From a virus (taxonomy: Duplodnaviria > Heunggongvirae > Uroviricota > Caudoviricetes): 64,000 nucleotides of DNA. The stretch lies in the IMG/VR virus record IMGVR_UViG_3300027797_000011; one strand, written 5' to 3'. The notes under the pieces were generated by a model. It had not been told where the DNA came from and searched no databases. It was given only the letters and a program-made list of their open reading frames with translations. A program made the translations under genes and the position numbers. Every line of letters starts with the position of its first letter. Positions within the stretch are counted from its first letter, which is position 1. Positions 18,601 to 28,422 of this stretch are shown piece after piece.

Positions 18601-21600
18601 AACTACAGTTCTATAGTTTTGCCTAATGGAGAAACTGCTCCAGGCAACTGGCGTGCAATTTTTAAATTATATTTTGATACCGATCGCCCGCACACCCATC
18701 CTTGGGAAATGTTAGGATTTAGTGAAAAACCAAACTGGTGGGAAACTCAGTACGGTCCCGCGCCGTACACCTCAGGAAACGATTTACTTTGGAAAGATCT
18801 TGAAGAAGGTAGAATTGCACAAGGAACTAGAGCAGGTATAGATACCACTTATGTCCGCCCTGGGCTTTCTAATATGTTACCAGTTGACGAAAACGGTAAT
18901 CCATTAGATGTTCGCAACTGGGGAATTATTGGATTAGAGGGGTCCTTATCTTTTGCAAATACTGGTTGGAAGTTTGGCGATAGTGGCCCTGCCGAAACAT
19001 CTTGGAAAAGAAGTAGTTACTGGCCGTTTGCTGTACAGATAATTTTAGCAGTGTGCAAACCTGCATCGTATGCAGGCACCTTATTTGATACAAGCCGCAT
19101 GATTAAAAACGCTGTTAGTAATTATGTGTATTCGGAAGATAATTTATTTGTAAGTCCTACAAGAATATTATTGCCGTATGATATTTCTAATGAATCTTTA
19201 ATACTTACAGCAGGGTATAGTGTACTTGTAGTTGAAGCAGGAACTATAAAAAATTCTAATTATCATTCACAATTAAAAATTGAATTAAGAAATTCTAACT
19301 TTAATCTAATGAATAAAACAGGCGGGTTTGTTAGTAAAGATAAGTTAGAAGTTGTTATTGAATCAGTTGATCCTAAAAGTATTAACCCTGGAATTTTACT
19401 GCCTACGGAAGACTATACCATACATTTTAATGTAAGTAACCCTGTAAAAACAATTGCAATATCCGGGGTGTTAATTCAAAAGTATCAGGGAAAGTTTGTT
19501 ATTAGAGGATACGATAAAGTAGATCCATTTTTTAATGTGTTAAACCCAATTCATCAAAGGACTGATGCAAATATCGTAGTCGGAGCCAAGTCCGAAGACT
19601 ACGCACTATGGTCAACTAACGTATTTTATGCACAAGGTCAAATTGTGCTTTATCAAGATTCTTTTTATAGGGTTGTCGGAAATCATAACTCTGGTCAATC
19701 TCTTGATGCAACGCAATACAGAAGGTTGCCTATTCTACCCAATATAGGCGGAACTACTGTACAACATGCATCGATGTTTGAATCAACTCCTACTCGTATA
19801 GTTTACGGAACAACGTTTGAAACTATCCAGGAAGTTGCAGATGTAATGACCGGCTATGGAAAGTGGCTTGAAACTGAAGGATTTTCATTCACCACTTACA
19901 GTAAAGATATTGGGCAATTATTAGATTGGCAATTTACAGTCAAAGAATTTTTATTCTGGACAACCCAAAATTGGGCAGACAACGGCGTAATTGTATTAAG
20001 TCCGTTTGCAGATAGGATAGAATATAAATTCACTGATTCAACAGTTGATGATATTTTCAGTAGTTTTTATGATTATAGTTTATTAAAAGCTGACGGATAT
20101 GCGTTTCCTAAAGATAGTTTTAGTATCTCACGAACTGACGGTGTGTGTACTATAACATCTAATGATACACAAAACGGTTTATTCTTTGCTAGATTAAGAT
20201 TAATACAAAAAGAACATGCAATAATTCTTAGTAATACTAGTAGATTTAATGATATTATATACGATATTGAAACAGGATACAGACAACGAAGAATTAAACT
20301 AATAGGATTTAAAACAACTGAATGGAACGGCGATTATTTAAGTCCGGGCTTTATATATGATCCTGCAAAAATACAAGAGTGGTTGCCTTACGCTGATTAT
20401 ACAGCAGGTGATATTGTTGAATACGCAGGAAATTATTATTCATTGACTAGAAATCGTTCGGGCACAGAACAGTTTGATTTTACCTTCTGGTCTAAATTAG
20501 ATTCAAAACCTCAGGCGCAATTAATTCCAAACTTTGAATATAAGATTTCTCAATTTGAGGATTTTTATAGTTTAGATATAGATAATTTTGACGTTAGTCA
20601 ACAACAACTAGCTCAACACTTAATCGGGTACAGTTCTAGATTATATCTTGATAATATATTTTTAAATCCTATTGCTCAATATAAATTCTATCAAGGATTT
20701 ATTAGAGAAAAAGGTACAAGGAATGCGCTAGACAAACTGGCTAGAGCAAGTGTTCATAACCTTGATGGAAAAATTAATTTTAATGAAGAATGGGCATTTA
20801 GGGTAGGAACCTTGGGAGCTTACTCGTCGGAATATGAATTAGAATTTCCGTTGTCTGAATCTAAATTCGTTGACAATACTCAATTAATAAAGTTTGTAAA
20901 TGAAAAGCCGTCATTGGCATATGATGCTACGGTATATATTTCACCTAGTGAATTAACAATGATGCCGTTAGATTATTCACCCGACTTAACTTTTTATAGT
21001 TCAGCTAATAGTGATAGTGATCTAATAGTCATGCCGGTCGCAGGATATGTACGTCTCGAAGATGTTGATTTTGCATTAAAAACCAAACAAGATTTATACA
21101 GTTTTGTTCCAGGCAAGACTATTAAAATTGGAGATACTATTTGGATAGGATTTGATGATAACGGCGACTGGGGAGTTTACAGATATGCTCGCGTAGCACA
21201 AGCAATCGAATCAGCAGAAGCATTAGTCTACGGAGAATCGGTAGTTTTTACAACAGATAGATATCATGGATTAAAAGTCGGGGACATTGTTGCTATTTCT
21301 AGATTTAGTGATACATTAAATGGTATATATAAAATTGAAGCAGTTCCTCGTTTAAACGAATTTGTAGTATTATCATCTAATGAAATTGGTACCACAAACG
21401 CACCTGGAATTTTATTTAAATTCGTATCTTCAAGGTATACATCGTTTGATGATTTAGTAACAGCTGAATATACTGCCGATATTCGTATAGGAAAAAGCAT
21501 TTGGGTAGATAGTGGTGATGAAGGTAAGTGGCAAGTCTACACAAAAATTAAAAATTATAACGCCAGACAAGTTAAGGGAATAGTTGGAGATTCTTCATAC

Positions 21601-24600
21601 TTCGGAAAAAGGATAATATCAAAAGAATCTTCAGATATAGTAATTGTATCAGCGCCATCATATGATGACGGCGGCGGCGCGGGAAAAATATTTGTGTATT
21701 CAAATATAAGTTCACCACAGTTAATCATATCTTATTCTATAAATTCGTTCAACGATCAGTATTACAGAAATACTATTTCTCCGCGCCCTGCATGGTTTGG
21801 CAATTCTATGGATTTTGATTCTGCCGATGGAATAATCGTAGCAGGAGCACCGTATGCATCTTACCTAAAAGCCGACGTCGATGTTGACACCCGATTTGTG
21901 AGGGTAACTAATAATACATCTACTTTTGTCAATGAGGGACTTGTAGTTATTTCTTTAATTAACGAAGAAACTGCAACAGAAACAAATAGATTAATACTTG
22001 CATGTCAGAATCCAAATGACTATATAGAATTTGGTTACAGCGTATTTGTTGGTAGTGTACCAAATCTTAAAACTTTATTAGTAGGTGCTCCTGGATTTAA
22101 TAATAATACCGGTAAAGTATTTGCATATAACCTGGCCTATAGTCGATCATTTGACGGCAGTATTGTTCAAATTAATGCAACAAATACTTCGTACAATGCA
22201 GTAACTCCGCCAGTAGAAATTACAAACGATTCAAGATTTGGCGAAAGCATTACAGGCAGTTTAACTGCAAGTATACTTGCTATTTCTGCACCAGGACAAG
22301 ATGGCAATGGAGTTGTATGTGTTTTTGAATTTAATAATATAACAGTTAATTATGACTATGTACAAACTATATCTCCTACAGATATTCCTAGTATATCAGA
22401 TAACTCTAATTTTGGATCTTCAATAAGTATGAGCGATACCGGCGAGTGGTTGTTTGTATCGGCTCCGGATGCTACTGATAAATTATTGCAATCTGGAAAA
22501 GTATTAGTTTATAGAAATACTACCGGTACATTTATATTAACTCAAATAATTAATAATCCGTCGTCATCGTCGGGATTAAAATTCGGCCATAGTTTAGAAA
22601 CTGACGAAACTGGAGAATTATTGGGCGTTACTTCGATTGGCCCTACTAATTATTCTGGAATGATTTTTGATTCAGGAACCACTACATTTGATTCTGAATC
22701 AACTAACTTTAGTGAATATATTTCAGACGCAGGAACCGCGTATACCTTTAATAGATATAAAGATAAGTTTGTATTTGCTTCAGAATTGTTTGATGCATAC
22801 ATTACAGATGGTAGTGCATACGGTACTAGTATTTCTGTTAATAGGAGTGCAATTTATGTCGGAGCTCCTTTATATATTACAACATCTACTATTAAAGCAG
22901 GTCAATTCTATGCATGGAATGCAATTGATACTAATTCAAATAGCTGGTCTTTGATTAGAGAAGAATCCGGATTAGTTGATACTAATAGAATTAAACAAAT
23001 TAAAACAATCGATACATTTGCAGAAACAGTAGAAGATTATTTAGAAATATTTGATCCAATCAAAGGAAAGATTTCTCAGGCAGCAGACCAAGAACTTCGA
23101 TATAGAACAGTATTTGATCCTGCGATATATAGCACCGGAACATCAACATCGATTGTTATTGATTCTCAAACTTACTGGGGAAATGAACATGTTGGTGAAC
23201 TTTGGTGGGACCTATCTAGTGTAAAATATCAGTGGTACGAACAGGGCGAGTCCGAATTTAGAAAAAATAACTGGGGAGCAGTGTTTCCTGGATGCACGAT
23301 AGATATATGTGAATGGATATCAAGTGACTCTTTACCAGACGATTGGGCGGTGTTGGCAGATACCAGTACCGGACTTGCGGCATCAATAAGCGGACAACCG
23401 AAATATTTGTCCGATTTAGCATACTGTGTAGAACAGGTATACAGTTCTATAACTGATACATTTACTAATAGATATTATTATTGGGTCAAGAATACTGTTA
23501 TTGTGCCCAACAGACAGGGTAGAAATATTTCTGCATATGAAGTATCAAATCTAATATCTAATCCAAAATCTGCAGGGTTAAAATATGTAGCCGTCTTATC
23601 AAGCAGTTCGTTGGCAGTGAACAATGTTAAGGGATCTTTAATTAACGATAGAATATCGTTAAACATGCAATTAGATAATATTAATAACAAGAACAATAAA
23701 CATACTGAATGGTTATTAATAGAAGAAGGTTCTGCACACAGTTTGCCTAATGCATTATTAGAGAAAAAATTAATAGATAGCTTACTGGGTCGTGATTCTT
23801 TAGGAAATACAGTTCCTGATCCTGCATTAAGTGCAAGACAAAAGTACGGTATAGGTATTAGACCAAGACAATCTATGTTTAAAAATAGAGCAAATGCTTT
23901 AAGAAATATGGTTGCTTATGTCAATACCGTATTTGCAGATAATTTAATTACTGATTTTTATAATTTAGATAATTTTAACGATAAAGATGAAATTAGTCAA
24001 GTTCCAATTAATCAATATGATAAAATTGTACAAGATCTCGAAGCGAGAAATGCATTGTACACTGGGGATTTTATACAGGCAGAACTTACCTGTTTGTTAG
24101 TAAATGGAAAAATTGACTCTGTTAATATTGTAACTCCTGGATACGGTTATGGGAAAATCGACGCATACTCGTATGATGCCCAAGGAAATATTATTTCTTG
24201 GAAAGGTCCAAAAGTATCAATACTTGACGATGTCAACGGTGCAGAAATTGAAACAGTTATAAATCAATACGGATCTATAATTTCTGTTTTAATAAAAAAC
24301 TATGGAAATAATTATTCTTCTATACCTAAATTGTATGTAAGACCTTATACCGTAATAGTACAAAGTGATTCGGAGTCTAGGAATCGTTGGACAATTTATT
24401 CTTTAATGGATAAATCTTGGACTAAAATTCAAACGCAAGGGCATGATACTACCTTATATTGGGATTATGCCAACTGGGTTGCTTCAGAGTTCAACCAATA
24501 TCAAACTCTAGCCTCTATAGTTGACCAATCATATCAGTTGGCCGAGTTGGATCTTGACATTGGTGATTATGTAAAAATTAATAATAACGGTGCCGGTCGA

Positions 24601-27600
24601 TATCTTATATTGAAAAAAATACAAACAGGGTCAAGCGGCACATACAATCTTGACTACGATATTATCGTTAGTGAAAAAGGCACACTAAAAATTAAAGACA
24701 GTATATGGGACATTTTAAATTCTCAATTTGGATGGGATCAAGTGTCACCGTATGATGAAACATTCTTTGATCAAATACCGGATGTAGAATTAGAAAAAAT
24801 TATATATGCTTTAAAGAACGATATTTTTATTGGTAATTTAAAAGTGTATTGGAATACGTTTTTCTTTACAGCAATAAAATATGTATTAACAGAACAGAAA
24901 GTTGTTGACTGGATGTTTAAATCAAGTTTTATAAATGTTACTAATAATGCGGGAGAATTAACACAACGTCCTGTTTATAAATTCCAAGACACAACTTGGT
25001 ATGAAGATTACTTAAATGAAATTAAACCATATCATACACAAGTTAGGGAATATAAACTAGGATATACAGTTACAGAACCAAGTCTAACCTTTACTACAGA
25101 TTTTGATTTACCTGTAGTTTATAATAAAGAAACCGGAGTCTATTCCTCACTAACTGCCGGAGATCCGCTGTTAAACACATATCCATATAAGGGCTGGTTT
25201 GATAACTATACATTATTTTTAGATTCTATTGCAATTTCAAATGCTGGTAGTGGATATACAGAAATACCAGAAATTAGAATTATATCTGCTCCAATAGATA
25301 GCGGAGTTACTACCACCGCTACCGCAGTTGCATTGATTGCCAGTGGAAAAGTAGTGGGAGCGCAGATTACTAATCCGGGTTCAGGGTATACCGTAAATCC
25401 TTCAATAGTATTAGTAGGCGGCGGAGCAGTAACTATTCCTGCTAAACTATCTCCTATTATGTCTAATAAAAAGACTAGAGTAAACAAAGTAGGACTAAAG
25501 TTTGATCGAATCTCAAGAAGCAGGGAAATATTAACAAACACATTTACCGATACGTTTACTGCTGACGGCATCCAGTCTGAATTTAATCTATCCTGGTTAG
25601 CATCTCAAGATAGAGTAAATGTAACTCTTACAGTTGATGGAATTTTTGTTACTCCTTCTAATTATTCTTTGACAGAATATACAACTTTTGCCAACGGTTA
25701 TAATAAATTATTCACAAAGTTAACAACTAGTGTACAGTATGACCAAGGAGCAATTGTAAGAATAACCTATGCCAAGAGTTTAAAAATATACAATGCATAT
25801 GATAGAATTCACGATTACTATTTTCCAACAGCCGGAATGCCTGGTAAAACTCAAAATGACAACTATGCCCAGTTAATGAAAGGCATGGAGTATCCGGGAA
25901 CAACAATTCAAACAACTCCATTTGAAAGTGATTTTTCTTGGGATTCAGTACCGTTTGGCTCACTACTGTGGGACCCTGCATCAAGCCAAACTGTTGATTT
26001 AGATACAATCTATACTGGCGGTACTATTACCACATCAACTCCTTGGGTATACGGACAATGGACACCAATTGGTGATACTACCTATATTACCACATCGACA
26101 CCGTGGATTTTTTCTGAAGGGACAGGCACATGGTCTTTGGTAGAAGTTCAAAGTACATCAACTCCGTGGGTATCTGGACACTGGAGTTCTGCACGATCTG
26201 GAGCAACAGGCATTAGGCCAGAAGACATAAATCTTGATGGCGATCAATTTATATCACCAACAAGAACTTATGCGCCTGAAGAATTGGTCCCCGGTCATGT
26301 AACTGAAACGTTAGGAATTAATATATTCACAAGAGCATCGTCTGGTAGTGCCCTAATTCTTACACTTCAACAACCCGCGGTAGCCAATCAATTCACAATA
26401 GTTCAATTAACATTGGCTCTTCCAAGCAGTGGTGCTATTTTTGTAAGCTATAATAACGAAACATTAATACCAAGTCGAGACTATGTTATTAATTACATTA
26501 ATAATACCGTAACAGTATACCCTAAGGCAGATGACGGTTCTATTGAAATAATTTATATGCCTGGAATTGGCGGAACTGGATTCTTAAGTTCTAATTCTAC
26601 TACTGTTGAAGGAGTTTCGATAGGAGCAGTAATTGGCGATTGTGCTTATTCAGAAGTTAACAGTATATATGTAACCTTAAACGGTCTACCTATTGATCCA
26701 GATAGTGGAGGAGTTGGACAAGGATTATATTATATATCGTCTGAAGAACATCCGGGCGTTAACAATCGAATAAAGATAACTGTCCACGGATTAGGTACAA
26801 TAGGTAAGAATGTTATATTTGCTGCCTTTTTTACTTCTGAGCCTAAAGGGTTTAGTGAAATTAGAGAACAGATAGAATATACCGTAAATGCAAACAATAG
26901 AATAATTGAGTTACGGCAACCCCCCGGAGTACTAGGGCCTGCGTCCGCAAACTCAATAGTAGAAGTTAATGGAGTTAGAATTGTTCCTCCAAATACCACC
27001 TATTATGAAATTACCAATACAGGTCAAACGAGATTTGATATTAGTACTAGAAGAACGTTTCCTTATAATAGCTTTGATATGACCATGTTAGAAGTTTATA
27101 AAAACGGAGTTCGTGTTCCTTTAAACATATATTATTTAGATCAATTTAATAATGTAATAATATTCCCTGTCAATTATTTTGCATTAAATGATGTACTTGC
27201 TATAACCGCTGTTATTGATTACGATTATATTATAAGGGGTACAAAGTTAGAAATTACTAACAGAATTCCGTTAGAAGCAGATAGTAATACTGTAAGGATT
27301 ATCACTTTTACTAATCAAGATGAACAATATGTTAGGACAGAAGTGTATTTGTCCAATAGTGCAAGATTATACAAATTATCTAGAGCAGTTTTTAACGATA
27401 ATTATGTTTGGATGTCCATTGGAGATAAAACTTTAGTGTCTGGCTACGATTTTGTAATTTTAGACGACGGTAAATCTATTCAGGTAGATATAGATATTCC
27501 GTTTATAGAAGGAGAACAGGTAATAATTACTAGCCTGGCAGAAACATCGGCAGGTAGGACTTTATCTTTCAAAGTGTTTAAGGATCCTATCGGACGTACT

Positions 27601-28404
27601 TCATATAGAAGACTTAGCTCAGAAGAAACCACATATTTGATTGAGCCGTTGCAGTTAACTGATACTCAGATTGTTGTAGAAAATGGAGATAAATTACCAC
27701 CATTAAGTCCCAATGCTACATCTCCGGGCGTTGTGTTTATTGCAGGCGAGCGCATTGAATATCTACAAAAGGTTGGAAATGTATTGTCCAGAATAACTAG
27801 AGCTACACTAGGGACCGGCGCAAAACCATATTATACAATTGGGTCGTGGGTAATTGATCAAAGTCAAACTCAAAACATGCCAGCTACTGACACCGTTATA
27901 GTTGCAACAACCAGTACAACCGGAAGTACATCATATATATTATCAAATCAGCTAAACTTTGTATTGGGTGCAAATTATCATGATCAGGTAGAAGTTTATT
28001 TTGGCGGCCGACAGCTAGAAAAACCAACTGCTCCGGGTGTTGTTAGATATGCTCATGATTATTCTTTGTCGTATGATTCGGGGCCTGGGGATGTTCCATT
28101 AGCTCCTGGGTTTACTATTACGTCTAGTACAGTAAATACATCAGTTGTATATAGATTAAATCTTCCGTTTACTCCGCCCGCAGGTGTAGAACTTAAGGTA
28201 GTACAAAGAACAGGTAAGTCATGGTACGCTACACAAACTCGTTCGTTACTAAACATAGACGAAAATTCAGTTACAGCATTATTCCTTAACGACAGAAACG
28301 GAATCACTGTTGATCAATTATACTATGGTGGCGATCCGGTATTAAGATTAGATGACAGTACAGCATTAACATTTGACGACGGCCGTCCAATCGACGGATA
28401 TTAA
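15640..28404 (+). CDS. Giant baseplate wedge/adhesion protein (gp7-like position), 4254 aa
   Basis: Uninterrupted ORF coupled to gp6. Contains FG-GAP-like repeats (VSAP, VAGAP, LVGAPG, ISAPG, YVGAP), W..Y..GD.V.Y carbohydrate-binding-like motifs, GSGY repeats and KPYHTQVR near the C-terminal third. Confidence 0.75.
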   Translation: MATSRKSANLLPAFFRTEKNSKFLSSTLDQLISVPKLNRIDAFVGSTDTPTYQTGDLYLSETNALRQTYQLEPALIVKTLDQEIKKAFALDDLLNQITSYGGNSSNLDRLFNPAFYSYDPKIDWDKFVNFRNYYWMPNGPSSITVTGGQKNPIVEYTITDAADGIQFLFGGLVTTEQLVLYRGYTYVFNITSEHNFNIKYSNRVGSDDSVINNITGNGTKDGQIIFTVDWAVPDNLYYTSNDNQLSTGNIIVKEPNLNSTINVSDEIAGKRYYTTSDGIKFINGLKVRFDGIVFPEEYRDAEFIVDGVGSSIQLIKFSNLDTPDNIADLVNSKFDGTNFDDFPFDDFKNIPLVPEYVTINRASTDRNPWSRYNRWFHKDVITLTANYSNAQVVYPENYKARRPIVEFVANIQLFNFGYSALQNIDLIDNTVTNTFDQVEGQIGYYIDGILLEEGFRVIFNTDADSLVRNIIYKVTFSNNADNISVINLVAESDIVENGSSILVRQGNLHAGSSWNHDGTEWIYSQQRTSRNQAPLFDLFDDTGISYANLTAYSTNFLGNKIFGYGIGTSVIDPVLGFPLLYRNTGVEGTFLFKNYFSTESFILTEQPLIKTVQTSKTYIKVNSQLSSIWVKGEPYTIPNVDGVYEVPLNLTNNPMNGSISEFTLTELADHLSSMTDRDPEFTGNNVKDLPNIGKYGTRLISNLNPLSFANHFISDQENSIISAARIVGEHYYQFKFNLLDAMNDIRQDLDPADALDSILLTLNKNKTTTFPYYKSDMLPYGNGAIIRTYKVTDSRNKKYFLPAQYSPSVLSSAGVLVYVNGTQLLHKKEYTFDAYDSNVEILIPLTRGDTIVVKQFNNTDGSFIPPTPTKLGLYPKFEPMLFTDNTFADGSRNVIQGHDGSIILAFGDYKDNILLEFEKRVYNNIKVSYNQDLFDINSVLPGIFRNKEYTYSEIFNPVYRDFLKWKTTYGVETEKNLSFNIDNTKTFNYSSIVLPNGETAPGNWRAIFKLYFDTDRPHTHPWEMLGFSEKPNWWETQYGPAPYTSGNDLLWKDLEEGRIAQGTRAGIDTTYVRPGLSNMLPVDENGNPLDVRNWGIIGLEGSLSFANTGWKFGDSGPAETSWKRSSYWPFAVQIILAVCKPASYAGTLFDTSRMIKNAVSNYVYSEDNLFVSPTRILLPYDISNESLILTAGYSVLVVEAGTIKNSNYHSQLKIELRNSNFNLMNKTGGFVSKDKLEVVIESVDPKSINPGILLPTEDYTIHFNVSNPVKTIAISGVLIQKYQGKFVIRGYDKVDPFFNVLNPIHQRTDANIVVGAKSEDYALWSTNVFYAQGQIVLYQDSFYRVVGNHNSGQSLDATQYRRLPILPNIGGTTVQHASMFESTPTRIVYGTTFETIQEVADVMTGYGKWLETEGFSFTTYSKDIGQLLDWQFTVKEFLFWTTQNWADNGVIVLSPFADRIEYKFTDSTVDDIFSSFYDYSLLKADGYAFPKDSFSISRTDGVCTITSNDTQNGLFFARLRLIQKEHAIILSNTSRFNDIIYDIETGYRQRRIKLIGFKTTEWNGDYLSPGFIYDPAKIQEWLPYADYTAGDIVEYAGNYYSLTRNRSGTEQFDFTFWSKLDSKPQAQLIPNFEYKISQFEDFYSLDIDNFDVSQQQLAQHLIGYSSRLYLDNIFLNPIAQYKFYQGFIREKGTRNALDKLARASVHNLDGKINFNEEWAFRVGTLGAYSSEYELEFPLSESKFVDNTQLIKFVNEKPSLAYDATVYISPSELTMMPLDYSPDLTFYSSANSDSDLIVMPVAGYVRLEDVDFALKTKQDLYSFVPGKTIKIGDTIWIGFDDNGDWGVYRYARVAQAIESAEALVYGESVVFTTDRYHGLKVGDIVAISRFSDTLNGIYKIEAVPRLNEFVVLSSNEIGTTNAPGILFKFVSSRYTSFDDLVTAEYTADIRIGKSIWVDSGDEGKWQVYTKIKNYNARQVKGIVGDSSYFGKRIISKESSDIVIVSAPSYDDGGGAGKIFVYSNISSPQLIISYSINSFNDQYYRNTISPRPAWFGNSMDFDSADGIIVAGAPYASYLKADVDVDTRFVRVTNNTSTFVNEGLVVISLINEETATETNRLILACQNPNDYIEFGYSVFVGSVPNLKTLLVGAPGFNNNTGKVFAYNLAYSRSFDGSIVQINATNTSYNAVTPPVEITNDSRFGESITGSLTASILAISAPGQDGNGVVCVFEFNNITVNYDYVQTISPTDIPSISDNSNFGSSISMSDTGEWLFVSAPDATDKLLQSGKVLVYRNTTGTFILTQIINNPSSSSGLKFGHSLETDETGELLGVTSIGPTNYSGMIFDSGTTTFDSESTNFSEYISDAGTAYTFNRYKDKFVFASELFDAYITDGSAYGTSISVNRSAIYVGAPLYITTSTIKAGQFYAWNAIDTNSNSWSLIREESGLVDTNRIKQIKTIDTFAETVEDYLEIFDPIKGKISQAADQELRYRTVFDPAIYSTGTSTSIVIDSQTYWGNEHVGELWWDLSSVKYQWYEQGESEFRKNNWGAVFPGCTIDICEWISSDSLPDDWAVLADTSTGLAASISGQPKYLSDLAYCVEQVYSSITDTFTNRYYYWVKNTVIVPNRQGRNISAYEVSNLISNPKSAGLKYVAVLSSSSLAVNNVKGSLINDRISLNMQLDNINNKNNKHTEWLLIEEGSAHSLPNALLEKKLIDSLLGRDSLGNTVPDPALSARQKYGIGIRPRQSMFKNRANALRNMVAYVNTVFADNLITDFYNLDNFNDKDEISQVPINQYDKIVQDLEARNALYTGDFIQAELTCLLVNGKIDSVNIVTPGYGYGKIDAYSYDAQGNIISWKGPKVSILDDVNGAEIETVINQYGSIISVLIKNYGNNYSSIPKLYVRPYTVIVQSDSESRNRWTIYSLMDKSWTKIQTQGHDTTLYWDYANWVASEFNQYQTLASIVDQSYQLAELDLDIGDYVKINNNGAGRYLILKKIQTGSSGTYNLDYDIIVSEKGTLKIKDSIWDILNSQFGWDQVSPYDETFFDQIPDVELEKIIYALKNDIFIGNLKVYWNTFFFTAIKYVLTEQKVVDWMFKSSFINVTNNAGELTQRPVYKFQDTTWYEDYLNEIKPYHTQVREYKLGYTVTEPSLTFTTDFDLPVVYNKETGVYSSLTAGDPLLNTYPYKGWFDNYTLFLDSIAISNAGSGYTEIPEIRIISAPIDSGVTTTATAVALIASGKVVGAQITNPGSGYTVNPSIVLVGGGAVTIPAKLSPIMSNKKTRVNKVGLKFDRISRSREILTNTFTDTFTADGIQSEFNLSWLASQDRVNVTLTVDGIFVTPSNYSLTEYTTFANGYNKLFTKLTTSVQYDQGAIVRITYAKSLKIYNAYDRIHDYYFPTAGMPGKTQNDNYAQLMKGMEYPGTTIQTTPFESDFSWDSVPFGSLLWDPASSQTVDLDTIYTGGTITTSTPWVYGQWTPIGDTTYITTSTPWIFSEGTGTWSLVEVQSTSTPWVSGHWSSARSGATGIRPEDINLDGDQFISPTRTYAPEELVPGHVTETLGINIFTRASSGSALILTLQQPAVANQFTIVQLTLALPSSGAIFVSYNNETLIPSRDYVINYINNTVTVYPKADDGSIEIIYMPGIGGTGFLSSNSTTVEGVSIGAVIGDCAYSEVNSIYVTLNGLPIDPDSGGVGQGLYYISSEEHPGVNNRIKITVHGLGTIGKNVIFAAFFTSEPKGFSEIREQIEYTVNANNRIIELRQPPGVLGPASANSIVEVNGVRIVPPNTTYYEITNTGQTRFDISTRRTFPYNSFDMTMLEVYKNGVRVPLNIYYLDQFNNVIIFPVNYFALNDVLAITAVIDYDYIIRGTKLEITNRIPLEADSNTVRIITFTNQDEQYVRTEVYLSNSARLYKLSRAVFNDNYVWMSIGDKTLVSGYDFVILDDGKSIQVDIDIPFIEGEQVIITSLAETSAGRTLSFKVFKDPIGRTSYRRLSSEETTYLIEPLQLTDTQIVVENGDKLPPLSPNATSPGVVFIAGERIEYLQKVGNVLSRITRATLGTGAKPYYTIGSWVIDQSQTQNMPATDTVIVATTSTTGSTSYILSNQLNFVLGANYHDQVEVYFGGRQLEKPTAPGVVRYAHDYSLSYDSGPGDVPLAPGFTITSSTVNTSVVYRLNLPFTPPAGVELKVVQRTGKSWYATQTRSLLNIDENSVTALFLNDRNGITVDQLYYGGDPVLRLDDSTALTFDDGRPIDGY
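26025..26184 (+). repeat. Three imperfect TTSTPW-coding repeats inside the giant wedge gene
   Basis: TATTACCACATC at 26025 and 26085 (60-nt period); a third ACATCAACTCCGTGGG near 26155. Confidence 0.65.
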
Positions 28405-28422
28405 TTTTAAGGATTTATTAAA

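Noticed and set aside
12562-28307. Numerous minus-strand and off-frame ORFs of 60-190 aa within structural genes
   Set aside because: They overlap long, well-supported plus-strand genes and have no RBS or motifs; they are antisense shadows from codon bias.
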